From Octopus sinensis (taxonomy: Eukaryota): a DNA stretch of 57,132 nt. Made by a program: the position numbers and the translations under genes. The notes below the pieces were generated by a model that had not been told where the DNA came from, searched no databases, and saw only the letters and a program-made list of their open reading frames with translations. Shown here in pieces: positions 13,484 to 25,320 of this stretch; positions within the stretch are counted from its first letter, which is position 1; each line of letters begins with the position of its first letter. The DNA lies in contig NW_021833621.1 in NCBI RefSeq assembly GCF_006345805.1, positions 1-57,132 of the forward strand, in the 5' to 3' direction.

Positions 13484-13599
13484 CTGAAATTGAAAAATAC
13501 AGACTGGGATGTGAGGGTACGTAACAAGAACAAGCATCAAGACAAACCTTGAACATAAGCATACTGAAGAGAAAATAGTGAAAGTTTATGATGATGATG

Positions 13600-13661
<62 letters not shown>

Positions 13662-13849
13662 CTTTTCTCTTATAGCAAAAGCTCAAAACCTAGACCCCCG
13701 TGTGTAACTGGTACATATTTTATTGACTCCAAAAGGGTAAAATGTAAAGTTGACCTCAGCAGGATTTGAACACAGAATGTAAACATAAGAAATACCACAA
13801 ACCTTTTGGTAGATTGATGATTTGGCCAGGTCACTGCTTTCATAATCAT

Positions 13850-14330
13850 CATCATCATCATCATCATTTAGCGTCCGCTTTCCATGCTAGCATGGGTTGG
13901 ACGGTTCAACTGGGGTCTGGGAAGCCAGAAGGCTGCACCAGGCTTCAGTTTGATCTGGCAGTGTTTCTACAGCTGGATGCCCTTCCTAACGCCAACCACT
14001 CCAAGAGTGTAGTGGGTGATTTTATGTGCCACCGACACAGGTGCCAGACGAGGCTGGCAAACGGCCACGGACGGATGGTGCTTTTTACGTGCCAGGCAAG
14101 GCTGGCAATGGCCACAATCAGATGGTTCGCTTACGTGTCACCGGCACTGGTATCGCAGCTGCAATTTCCATTGATGTTGATCGACTTTGATTTTGTTTCT
14201 GATTTCTGATATCTGATTTGATTTGATTTGATTTCCACTTGCCTCAACAGGTCTTCACAAGTGGAGTTTTGTGTCCCAAGAAGGAATGGTATGCATAAGT
14301 CGACTAGCTACATCCCAATGAAGATGATGA
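13850..14330 (-). mobile_element. Family C: RTE 3'-end-derived repeat with (GAT)n tail
   Basis: Matches the 3' UTR of the RTE LINE (42540-43136). Other copies at about 4150-4455, 5005-5315, 5345-5720, 11045-11170, 16260-16560, 22385-22565, 27240-27430, 36720-36868, 44070-44380 and 48275-48425. Confidence 0.9.
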
Positions 14331-14362
14331 TGATGATGATAATGATGATAATTATTATTATT

Positions 14363-14905
14363 ATTAATGAGTGAGAGAACAGTGCATGCCATCAAAGTGA
14401 CACTGGGATAAAATATACGACGCCCAGTATACCCATCATGACTACCCGTCTGATAAGGGTACACCAGGCACATGCATCACAACCATATGTGCGTGACATG
14501 GTGATCTCATATCAAGATAAACAGCACATGACCTTGCAGGTGGGGGCCCAGTTAGAATTTTCTTCTGGTCGAGTAGCCCATCCCACTTAGAAGGTCCCTG
14601 AATAAGGGTCGTTTAAGGTTGTTCAATGAACCACCCATGTTTCCAGAGGTGAATTATTCAAGCCCCAAAGAATTCCTCTCAACACATGGCTATGATGCTC
14701 CCACACTACTTCTGCTTGTGATCAGAGATGCACATATTGTCAGCCACTAAGGGACATGCTCAACTGGTTACGGTCAAACAACTGACAAGCAAATCTGTGG
14801 TATTGAGCAGAATATTTGCTGTAGCCCATATTTTATACCAAGACAAAACAATGTACATGATAACACTTCCAATCAGTTAAGATTAGAAGCCATGAGAACC
14901 ACTTA
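14363..14905 (-). mobile_element. Second copy of the ~560-bp (AAT)n-tailed repeat
   Basis: Reverse-complement match to 33415-33955. Confidence 0.8.
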
Positions 14906-16606
14906 TCATCATCATCATTATTAATTGTTAGAATGCCAGGTGAATTGCTTAGCAATATTTTGTCATTTTTACATTCTGAGTTCAAATTCCATTGAGGTTG
15001 ACTTGGCCTTTCATCCTTGGCCAAATTCCAGGAAATCCAAAAGTATCAGAACTATAAAAAACTGACCATATCCAAAAACAATAGAAAAAAAACAAAAAAA
15101 AAAACGTTGTTGACCTGAAAATACCTGATTCTCTTGAAACTCTTTCAAAATTAAAATATAAATTTAGCAGAACCCTAGTTCTCAGATTCTGGTTTCCTTT
15201 CCCTATATTACATCATTGTTATTCAGAAATAACCCCAAATAGTAAAACATTGGACATGAGATGCAGCACGTATTTTTTTCAGTGAACAGGTCGCGGTCTT
15301 ATAGCGACGAAAATATTTTGACAAATTAAACTTAAATGTTGAAGTGAATTTAACGGGTTTTGTGTGTTTCTTAAATGGCTTACAAACACCTTCCAAGCTG
15401 CAATTGTTTTCGTTTCAGCACACGATCTCAGATCAAATCACTTGCTATGCAAGAACATGTTACCACTTGGAATAGCTTATATAAAACAAAGCAACAACAA
15501 TGTAAACAATCTATCTACCATTTCAGGTAGGTGGTCACCAGGTTCAAAACCACTCTTTCACTTCAAGTGTTTCAGTTTCTGTCCACCAGATTCATCTGAA
15601 AGCTTTGGTTAGCCCAGGGTTATAGCAAAAGACACTCACCCACAGTGTGGAAGCACTCCGTCGGTTCCGACGACGAGGGTTCCAGTTGATCCGATCAACG
15701 GAACAGCCTGCTCGTGAAATTAACGTGTAAGTGGCTGAGCACTCCACAGACACGTGTACCCTAACGTAGTTCTCGGGGATATTCAGCGTGACACAGAGAG
15801 TGACAAGGCCGGCCCTTTGAAATACAGGTACAACAGAAACAGAAGTAAGAGTGAGAGAAATGTGGTGTGAAAGAGTACAGCAGGGATCACCACCATCCCC
15901 TGCCGGAGCCTCGTGGAGCTTTTAGGTGTTTTCGCTCAATAAACACTCACAACGCCTGGTCTGGGAATCGAAACCTCGATCCTACGACCGCGAGTTCGCT
16001 GCCCTAACCACTGGGCCATGCAGTACTATGCAGTGGAACTGAACCCATAACTATGAGGTTGAGAAGCAAAGTTCTTACAACACAGCCATAGATCAAACCA
16101 TAGAAACAAAAAGGCCAAAATGTCAAGAATAGAGTGGTGGTTCAATCAATTAGATCAACACCAGGACTTCACCCAAGACCAATGAACTCAAATCAATTGA
16201 TGTTTCTTTCAGTAACTACAATTTGACAACTGCAGGGAAACCGTCATGGTAGATCTTCACTATCATTATCAGTTAACGTCCGCTTTCCATGCTAGCATGG
16301 GTTGGACGATTCGAATGAGGTCTGGCAAACCAGATGGCTGCACCAGGCTCCAATCTTGATCTGGTAGAAGTTTCTACAGCTTGATGCCCTTCCTAACGCC
16401 AACCACTCCGAGAGTGTAGTGGGTGCTTTTCACATGCTACCAGCACGAGGGCCAGTCAGGCGGTACTGGCAACGGCCACTACATACAAATGGTGCTTTTT
16501 ATGTGCCACCTGCACAGGTGCCAGTCCAGCAGCACTGGCAACGACATTGCCCGAATGTTTTTAGAATATATATGTGACAGAGGCAGTATCAATATGAAGA
16601 CGTAAT

Positions 16607-17104
16607 GGATCTTTTCCTTTTGAACGGCAGTTTTCAACAATTTCTAGTTAACTAAACACTTTTAAACTTCGTATACTGGAAGAATGTGTCAAAATAAAAC
16701 ATTTTTTTCTCTTGGCTTTCTTGAGAAAATTGTAATTTAAAATTATTTTCCATTGCTTTCGTTTTAGTCATTCGTTTTTTTTCTTAATTGTTATCCTTAA
16801 ATTAATTTAACAATTAAGAAAAAAAAACGAAAGGCTAAATTTAGGGTTAGGGTGAGGGTTAGGATTAGTGACAGGATGTTGTCTCAGTTTTAGACGCAGC
16901 AAATGATTCCAGCTCAATAGAGGGCGTAGGATTGGTTAAAATTCGAAAAATCAAACCACGCTAAACCTGCAAATTACAATTTTCTCAAGAAAGCCAAGAG
17001 AAAAAAATGTTTTACTTTGACACATTCCACCAGTATACGAAGTTTAAAAGTGTTTAGTTAACTAGAAATTGTGTTGAAATCTGGCTATCAAAAGGAAAAG
17101 ATCC
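16607..17104. mobile_element. MITE with ~130-bp TIRs and an internal TTAGGG-like tract
   Basis: 16607-16737 and ~16970-17104 are near-exact inverted repeats (GGATCTTTTCC...); TTAGGGTTAGGGTGAGGGTTAGG at 16841-16863; no clear TSD. Confidence 0.85.
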
Positions 17105-17439
17105 GAGGTAATATCTGTCCCCACTTAAACATGGGTGTTCTGTGGTAGATACACTGAGAGAAACCCTCTTATTTCGGTGCAGAATGCACGCTTAATCTCC
17201 ACCGACTCCAGCATCGAGATCAGCAGCTCATGTTATTGTTGCTGTTGTCATGGTTGTCTTCCATACAGTTTTGTTATCTTGTTGTTGTTGTTGTTGTTGC
17301 TGATGTTGCTACTATTGTCGTTTCTGCAGTTTGTGCTGCTGCCGCTATTGCTGCTGCTGCTGCTGTACACATTGTCCTTACTCTTGTTGTTGTTTTTGTT
17401 TTTGTTGTTGCTGCTGCTAGTATCTTTGCTACTGTTTCT

Positions 17440-17453
17440 GTCGTCATAGCAAC
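17440..17453. promoter_or_regulatory. RFX X-box motif
   Basis: GTCGTCATAGCAAC fits the RYYNYYWWRRNRAC X-box consensus at all 14 positions and borders a CpG-rich, non-repetitive patch (17455-17572). Confidence 0.45.
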
Positions 17454-17838
17454 AGGACGAAATTGTATTTCTTTGTGTCGATAAATTAATTTTAACTTCA
17501 GCCGTGGCTACTTTCGGGAGTTAAAACTGGGTCGACTGAACGCTGTTCGATTATTTTGTCGTTTTCCCGCCTTTTTTTTTTTTTTTAAATTGATAATTTT
17601 ACAAATTCTTGTTTTAAAGACAAATATAAAATAAATACTTCAGAATTACAACCTACAAAAAGGGGGTGGAATTGTGCAGAAATATTACCATTGCGATCCA
17701 GACAATGTTAGCAAATAGAGTCACAATAAAATATTAGACTGGACGGCTTTTAATCTGCCGAAACAATTGATGAAATACTAAAAACTTACGGAATCCCAGC
17801 TCTGTGCATTTTTCTCAGTATGGCAGCAATAATAATGA

Positions 17839-17960
17839 CTAGCAGTATAACCCGGCGTTGCCAGGGATTAAGTTACGATTATTAAGCTAATCAAGTTCTT
17901 TATTTCAAACCAAACTAAGTAATATCGACGTCAAATTTGGGCGAAATCCGTTGAAATTGG
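17839..17960 (-). mobile_element. Helitron 3' fragment
   Basis: The minus strand ends CCCTGGCAACGCCGGGTTATACTGCTAG|T, the same terminal motif as the 45113 element; the 5' end was not found. Confidence 0.7.
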
Positions 17961-17989
17961 TTATATTATATATATATATATATATATAT

Positions 17990-19990
17990 GTAAAAATAAG
18001 ACAAAATAGAAAATGCTATAATAATTTTATAGTGAACATTTCAGTACCGGTTTCGGTCATTTTGAGACCTTTTCAACTGTAACGATTAAATAATTAAAAA
18101 ATTAAATTTAGAAAAATTAGAAGAAAAGTTTTTTTAAGGGAATATTTCTATAGTAGTGTTCAGATATAAGTGGCATTCTGCTTTTCTCTGACTCCCTTGT
18201 TTGCACTTGTGTGTTGTGAGTTCTTGGTAGGGTAGATGAAGAAGAAGAATGCTGATGTGGTGAAAAGGGGGTGGGAAAATCTGGGAGTGCCCTGATGGTC
18301 GTATTTTGAATGGTCAGTGGCGACTGGCAGTCTCAGTTTAATTCAGGATAATGTTTCTATTAATAGGCTTGTTTATGGAATTTGCGTAGGTGTTATACTG
18401 AAAAAGTATTAGTGATAAAGTTAAGAGGTGGAAGGTGAAGAAGAAGAAGAGACAAAGTTAAGAGGTGGAGGGTGAAGAAGAAGAAGAAGAAGAAGAAGAA
18501 GAAGAAGAAGAAGAAGAAGAAGAAGAAGAAGCAGGAGAAGGTGACGATGTTGATGACGATGATGATGAAGAAGAAGAAGGAGAAGGAGAAGATGATGATG
18601 ATGGTGGTGATGATGACGACGACGATGATGATGACGATAATGATGAAGAAGAAGAAGAGGAAGAAGAAGAAAAAGAAGAAGAAAAAACCGAGAAGGGAGA
18701 ATATGAATGGGTGAAAGTTAGTAATGGATTCTTTGGAATGTAATATTTGTGTGTATATATTTCTTTTATTCTAAAGTTGAGGTATATTAATTGTTTGTCG
18801 TAGACCCGTTAAGAAGTGGTCTGTATTTTCTAATAAAGAGATTTTCTTTACTTATTCGTTGTATCCAGGTTGTATCGTCCCTAAATTGATAGAGGGGGAA
18901 AATCCTGAAGCTTGGTGTTTTTTTGTTGGCGCAAGTATCTATGTGTTGGCTAAAAGCTATTTTTCTGTTTTGGGGAATTTTTATCTGGGATCTGTGCAGG
19001 GCCATTCGTATACGCAAACCATTTTTCGTTTGGCCTATGTACTGCTCTTGACACCCGGAGCAGGTTAGTGAGTATATTAGGTTCTCCGAAGCACATGTGA
19101 AGTTGCTTTTCACTGTGAACCGTTGTCCCTGTTTGAAGGAGAACACTGATCCCTCAATTAGATAGTCGCATATCCCGCAATTGGGTCTTCCACATTTTTT
19201 TACTGTCGGCTTCTGTGTTGAAGAGTGTATTCGGGCTTGTGTTAGAAGACTTTTCATGGATTTAGGCTGTCTCTTGCTTTTTATGATCGTGTGTGTTTGG
19301 AGGATTGTGTTCATTCTGTGGTCTTTTTTTAAGAGGGGTATGTTGTGGAGGATGGTGCTGAAGGCTTCGTTATTGAGGGGGTTGTGTGTGGAGATGTATG
19401 GTAAGGCTTTTGGTTGTAAGTTTTTCTTTGATTTGGGATGTCTCAGTTCCTTGATGTTAAGTTGAAGGGCACGTTGAATGCACTTGTCAATTAGTGAAGG
19501 TGGATAGTTCCTGGTGACAAGGGTATCTTTTAGTTCTTGTAGTCGTGTGTCTCTGGTGTTTGCGTTAGAGACTATAGTGCATATCCTTTTTGCTAGATTG
19601 AAGGGGATATTCATCCTGGTGTGTCTAGGGTGGCATGAATTGAATGGAAGGTATTGCTTAGAGTCTGTAGGCTTATAATATATGTCTGTTTCTATTGTAT
19701 TATTGGCTTTCTTAATGAGGATATCTAGGAAGGGGAGTTGTTGCTGGCTATATTCCATCGTGAATTGGATGTTTACGTCCAGTCCGTTTAACATTTCCTG
19801 GAATTCTATGAGGTTTTCTATATTTTTATGCCAAAGAATGAAACAGTCATCTAGATATCTCTTCCAGTTGTTTTCTATGTAGATGGAGAAAGGGTTGCCA
19901 TATCTTTCTAGAACCTTGCGATACAGACTGATCTCTAGATATCCTATGACTAGGTTGGCAAAGGGGGGGGGCATTCGTGTACCCATCGCA
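17990..19990 (-). mobile_element. Penelope-like retroelement, 5'-truncated; ORF remnant 18787-19986 (RT C-terminal half + GIY-YIG)
   Basis: AMGTRMPPPFANL, WKRYLDDCF, LPFLDILI, YYKPTDSKQYL, CGRPNCGIC, and NLIYSLTCSGCQEQYIGQT (GIY-YIG). The 3' UTR carries (TTC)n/(ATC)n and a hammerhead motif. Confidence 0.95.
18037..18084 (-). ncRNA. Minimal type I hammerhead ribozyme motif (U3-A8 variant)
   Basis: CGTTACAG-TTGAAAA-GGTC(TCAAAAT)GACC-GAAA-CCGG-TA-CTGAAATG: stems I and II pair, stem III contains the palindrome ACCGGT, and the cleavage triplet is GUA. Confidence 0.7.
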
Positions 19991-20005
19991 TATATAATAT
20001 AAATA

Positions 20006-20183
20006 GGATCATTTCCTTTAGAACGGCAGTTTTCAACACAATTTCTAGTTAACTAAACACTTTTAAACTTCGTATACTGGCAGAATGTGTCAAAATAAAA
20101 CTTTTTTTTTCTCTTGGCTTTCTTGAGAAAATTGTAATTTGTAAATTTAACGTAGTGTAATTTTTCGAATTTTAACCAATCCT
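20006..20183. mobile_element. Solo terminal fragment of the same long-TIR MITE
   Basis: Matches the 16607 element's TIR plus adjacent subterminal sequence; abuts the truncated Penelope 5' end. Confidence 0.8.
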
Positions 20184-20835
20184 ATGGTGTGTGAGAGAGA
20201 GGGGGAGAAAGATGAACGATTTAAAATAAATAAATGATTTAAAATAAATATATTGTAATTGTTGTGTGAGAAAGTATATACATTATGATGATAAAATATA
20301 GTGTCTTTCAAAAACAAAAAACAAAACATTTTACATTTTATTTTTATGAACGTCGTCACTTTCTCTCTCTCTCGCTCTGTCACTTTGTCTTTCCCATGAA
20401 ACTCTCTGCCCCTCTTCCACTATTCTTTATCGTTTTTTTTTTTTTGGTTGTTTGATGCCGTCAAAAAGCTAAGGCTGAAAATAGATTTTTATCAACGTCG
20501 TCACTTTCTCTCTCTCTCTCTCTCTCACTTTGTCTTTCCCGTGAAAATCTCTGCCTCCTTCTTCCACTTTTCTTTATCTTGTTTTTTTTTTTGTTAGACG
20601 CCGTCAAAAAAGTTATGGCTGATATTTTTTATGGCTGAAAGCTATGGTTGAAAATAGAATTTTATGCTATCCGCAGGTGCCTCGGGGGAAAAAATAAGTT
20701 GACAAAACCCAGATAGGATGTTGATGAATGTCTTCCTAAAATTTGAGCGACATGCTTGCTAATTTGTGGATGTGCATAAACTACAATCTCGTACACACAC
20801 ACACACACACACCTTCCTCTAGAATTATTGACTTC

Positions 20836-21245
20836 TTGCAAGATTTAATTAAAAAGAAATTATTATGCAGCACAGAATTCTGTCAGTGAACAAAATTATT
20901 ATTCACCGAAGGTTCCTGTGCTATCCGTCCTCTACAAAAGTCATATTCACACTGCATCACAACATTAAGATAGAACTGCTTCCCCTCTACTGGCCCTGCT
21001 CCCTTTAACATCATACCAAGACACATAACAGAAGAAGATCCCCTAACATTTAAACAGTTCCTGGATGAATATCTCCAACAAATATCAGAAAAACCACCTA
21101 CTCCCAGATATATCTCTGTAAAGAATAACTCTTCAAATGGGCTATGGTGCCCAATGAATGACTCACATGAAACAGTTTTAAATGTCTTTTCCAAGTGGTT
21201 AGACATGGCCTGGGCCCATGATGACTAAATCTTATTACTTTGAAA
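20836..21245 (+). mobile_element. Degenerate CR1/L2-group LINE 3' end
   Basis: CFPSTGPAPFNIIPRHITEEDPLTFKQFLDEYLQQISEKPPTPRY resembles CR1-group ORF2 C-termini. Confidence 0.5.
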
Positions 21246-21284
21246 TAAGTAAATATATAATATAATTTTATCTCTCACTCTCAC

Positions 21285-21537
21285 AAGATTAAAATGGATA
21301 GACCAATCATAAACGATGTTTGTAGGAGCAAAATATTCCCATCCATCATTTAGCAACAATGTGGGTACTAATGTGTGACAATAGTTATCACATGTTGAAT
21401 CATGAATGTAATAGCCAGGGGGAAAAAATGCAAAGAGCCAAGCGATTAGCTTGTTTGCCTTAACAGTTTCGATACCAACCTGATGACAGGTTGCTGTCTG
21501 CTCTTGCAGAATTAACCAGTTAATGAAATCAAGTGTG
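21285..21537 (-). CDS. Candidate internal exon of an unidentified gene (253 nt)
   Basis: Long pyrimidine tract ATTATTTCCATTTCACTTCTCAG|C and donor CTT|GTGAGA (alternative at 21279). Single open frame TLDFINWLILQEQTATCHQVGIETVKANKLIAWLFAFFPPGYYIHDSTCDNYCHTLVPTLLLNDGWEYFAPTNIVYDWSIHFNL. Confidence 0.5.
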
Positions 21538-23219
21538 CTGAGAAGTGAAATGGAAATAATTATAGTAAAAATAATGGTGACACAGCTTTGTCTATGATAC
21601 AAATTTCTTGTTTTAAAGTGATCCAAGAAATAACCTCATGCTAATTTATGTTCCGAGCAACAGCTTATTAATCACTTCCTTCTACCTGTTCAAACCAAGG
21701 GCCTCCACCTCACTGTTCCCTGTTCATGTAATCTAATAAAACCTTTCACACTACCTCAGATTCTCGTCATCTTTTCATTTTGTCATTTTTCTACATATTT
21801 CGTCATTTTTACTTCATTTTTCAATTCTGCCATTTTTCATTCTTAGCTTCTGGTTTTCCCCATCACTAATTGCTAATTTCTCAATAATCACTTCCTTCTA
21901 CCTGCCTCTTTGTTCCTCCTAACTTAGCCTTACTTCTCTTAGCATAGCATCCCCTGTTTCTCTCCGACACCCCCTTTCACGATCCTACTAATGGTATTAC
22001 CTTGTTATCTCTCTTTATTAAATTCTTCCTTATTTTCAAAATAAAATTGAAACAAAGACAGTGTGCTATTTCAACAGAAGTATGGTAATGAAAGAATTAA
22101 ATTGGTCTAAATGAAAAACATTTTCCACCAAAATTTCATGTTGTATGTTTCAAACACCAGCTTTTTAATGACTAAGTTTATTTCACTAAACTGTTTGCTA
22201 TCTTCAAAATTAATTGGAATAAAGGTGATACATTTTAACAGAAATACAGTAATGATAGATTTTCACACACTTTAATATAACTGCAACCCGAATCAAGAGA
22301 AAGAAAGTTGACAGAGAGAAGAATTTCCTGCAAGTAATTGAATATTTCGCCTCATCTTCCCATAAACTGAATTAAAGTTCTACTCATCATCATCATCATC
22401 GTTTAACGTCCGCTTTCCATGCTAGCATGGGTTGGACGATTTGACTGAGGACTAGCAAACCAGATGGCTGCACCAGGACCCAATCTTGATCTGGTAGAGT
22501 TTATACAGCTGGATGCCCTTCCTAATACCAACCACTCCAAGAGTGTAGTGGGTGCTTTTACATGCCTTTCCCTTCTATTTCTACTGTGGTTAATATTGTC
22601 TTTAGGGAGGTAGAGACAATGAAATACATACCGGTCATATATAAGGGTGGCGGTCACTGATACATTTCTTCAATAGATTTGTGCTTTGGTGCCAATGTAA
22701 GTAATCAATATCCCTCCTTCTTCTCCACATCTTCCACCAACTTGTCCCACAAAAAATATCAATACCTCATCAATCTTTTTTTGTCCCACAAGAAATCAAT
22801 GTCTTCTTTATTTCCTCACCATATTGTCCCTTGCCACCCCCCCCCCACCACACACACACAGAAAATCGATATTTTTACCTAACTCACATCTTTGTGCTCA
22901 ATGCAAGAAATCAATCTCCCCCACCACTCACCTTCCCCCCCCCTATATCTGGGCTTGGTTTCCTAGAACAGATGTAAGCTTCCCAGTGAACCAAGTCCAA
23001 ACTTGTGTTTCAATTCCCACCTTTCAGCTACTTTTATTTTGCTGTTGCTTCTAGGTCTACTCTGACCTGGAGTGGTAGTACCTACCAGGGTCCCAGCCAT
23101 GGGCTTAAATAGCATGTAATCACTTGAGCCAGGGTATATTGAATTCATAGGGTGCAGTGTAGTATATTTGGATGTAAATTAATTTTACTATTCTGGCAAA
23201 GGAATTTTATTGTGTCAGT

Positions 23220-24045
23220 GGTGAATATCACCAGATGCTGAGCAGATGATCTGACAACAATCAACAACCAGAGTCAACCAGTCCAGTTAACAAACTACTG
23301 TTATCAACTGTAACTAAAACCTAAGCCAGATATTCAAATCAGTGGTGAATATCGCTAGATGCTGAACAGATGAATGGACAAGAAACTGTCAACAGCCACA
23401 GTCAACCAGTCCAGTTAACAAACAAGTGTTATCAACTGTAATCATAGCATGCAGAGGTGAGATATTTTTGCTAAGAAAAGACAAATGTAACTAAAACCAA
23501 GCCAGATATTCAAGTCAATGGTGAATGTCACTAAATGCTGAGCAGATGAATGGACAAGAAACTGTCAGTGGCCAAGATCAACCAGTTCAGTTAGTGGTGA
23601 GCTAATGCTACCATCTGTAGCTGTGGGACATATGCAGATGAAATATTTCAATTAGAAAAAGACCAATGTAGCTAAAACCTAAGTCAGATGTTCAAATCAA
23701 TGGTGAATATCACTAGATGCTGAGAAGATGAACAGACAAGAAACTGTCAATGGCTAGTATCAACCAGTTCAGTTAACAAACAACTGTTATCAAGTGTAAT
23801 TATGGAATGCAGAGGTGAGATATTTCAGTTAGTGTACGACCAATGTGACTAAAAACCAAGTCAGATGTTTGAGTCAATGGCAAATATCATTAAATGCTGA
23901 GAAGATGACAAGACAACAAACTGTCAGTGATCAGGATCAACCAGTTCAGTTAGTGAACTACTGCTATCATCTGACATGCATAGATAAGATATTTCAGCTA
24001 AGAAAAGACCAGTATGGCTCAAATCCAGGCCAGATGTTTATGCCT
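23220..24045. repeat. Degenerate ~177-bp tandem repeat (5 units)
   Basis: GGTGAATATCAC..GATGCTGAG..GATGA recurs at ~23220, 23343, 23520, 23702 and 23879. Confidence 0.85.
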
Positions 24046-25284
24046 CGTCATTTGATCGACATATCTGGCAAGTCACCCAACAAAGTAAAAAAACAGAAAA
24101 GAAATATTTATTTTTTTATTGCCCACAAGGGGCCAAACATAGAGGGGACAAACAAGGGGATTAAGTCGATTATATCGACCTCAGCGATTCACTGGTACTT
24201 AATTTATCGACCCCCGAAAGGATGAAAGGCAAAGTCGATCTCGGCGGAATTTGAACTCAGAACGTAATGGTAGACAAAATACCTATTTCTTTACTATCCA
24301 CAAGGGGCCAAACACAGAGGGGACAAACAAGGACAGACAAACGGATTAAGTCGATTATATCGACCCCAGTGCATAACTAGTACTTATTTAATCGACCCCG
24401 AAAGGATGAAAGGCAAAGTCGATCTCGGCGGAATTTGAACTCAGAACATAATGGCAGACAAAATACCGCTTGGCATTTCGCCCGGCTTGCTAACGTTTCT
24501 ATCAGCTCACTGCCTTAACAGAAAAGAAATATTGCTATAGTCATAGACTGCAGTGTTTCAGTTCCATAAAGTATTGGTCTACCAAATCTTACTTCAAAAC
24601 TTCAATCCTGCCACAGGTGTTTTATCAAGCTTCTGGGGGGTGAACACGTTACGCTAGATTGACTCACTTCACCTGTTTGTAAAGTATAAATCACCAAAAA
24701 TTCTCTTAAAGTTACCTGCCATAAATTAACATATTTCATAAAGGAGGTGTATGGAAGAGGAAGGGTGGCTGCCTCTTATCTAGACTGTTCTAAAAATTTA
24801 GAGTAAAGAACTACCTGTAAAGTGCACTCACCCACCTCAATGATCTAGTAATGCCTTTGAGATAAACATGATGGGGTGGGATAGAGGGGGAGATAAGGAG
24901 GAGGGAAAGAGGTGGGGAGGGAGTAGGCGGCGGGTGGGGTGGGGGAAATAATTGTGGAGTCGATATTATTTCTTATATTTTTATTTGTTTCAGTTAATGG
25001 GCTGTGGCCATGCTGGGGCTCTGCTTTGAAGAGTTTTAGCAAAACAATTTGATTTCAGTGTTTATTCTTTTATTTGTTTCATTTATTTGACTACGGCCAT
25101 GCTGGAGCACCACCTTGAAGGATTTTAGTTGAACAAATCAACCCTGGGACTTTGGTCTCTTTTGCTGAACCACTAAGTTACAGACATGTAAACACACCAA
25201 CAGCAGCTGTCAAGCAGTGATGAGGGGACAAATACAGACACACAGACACATGCACATAAATATATACATACATACATACATATA

Positions 25285-25320
<36 letters not shown>

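Noticed and set aside
16841-16863. Telomere or chromosome-fusion relic
   Set aside because: Only about four units, and they are internal to a MITE.
21669-21904. 20-bp direct repeat TAATCACTTCCTTCTACCTG 216 bp apart, as a TSD
   Set aside because: The enclosed 196 bp has no recognisable element ends or tail; insertion and simple duplication cannot be distinguished.
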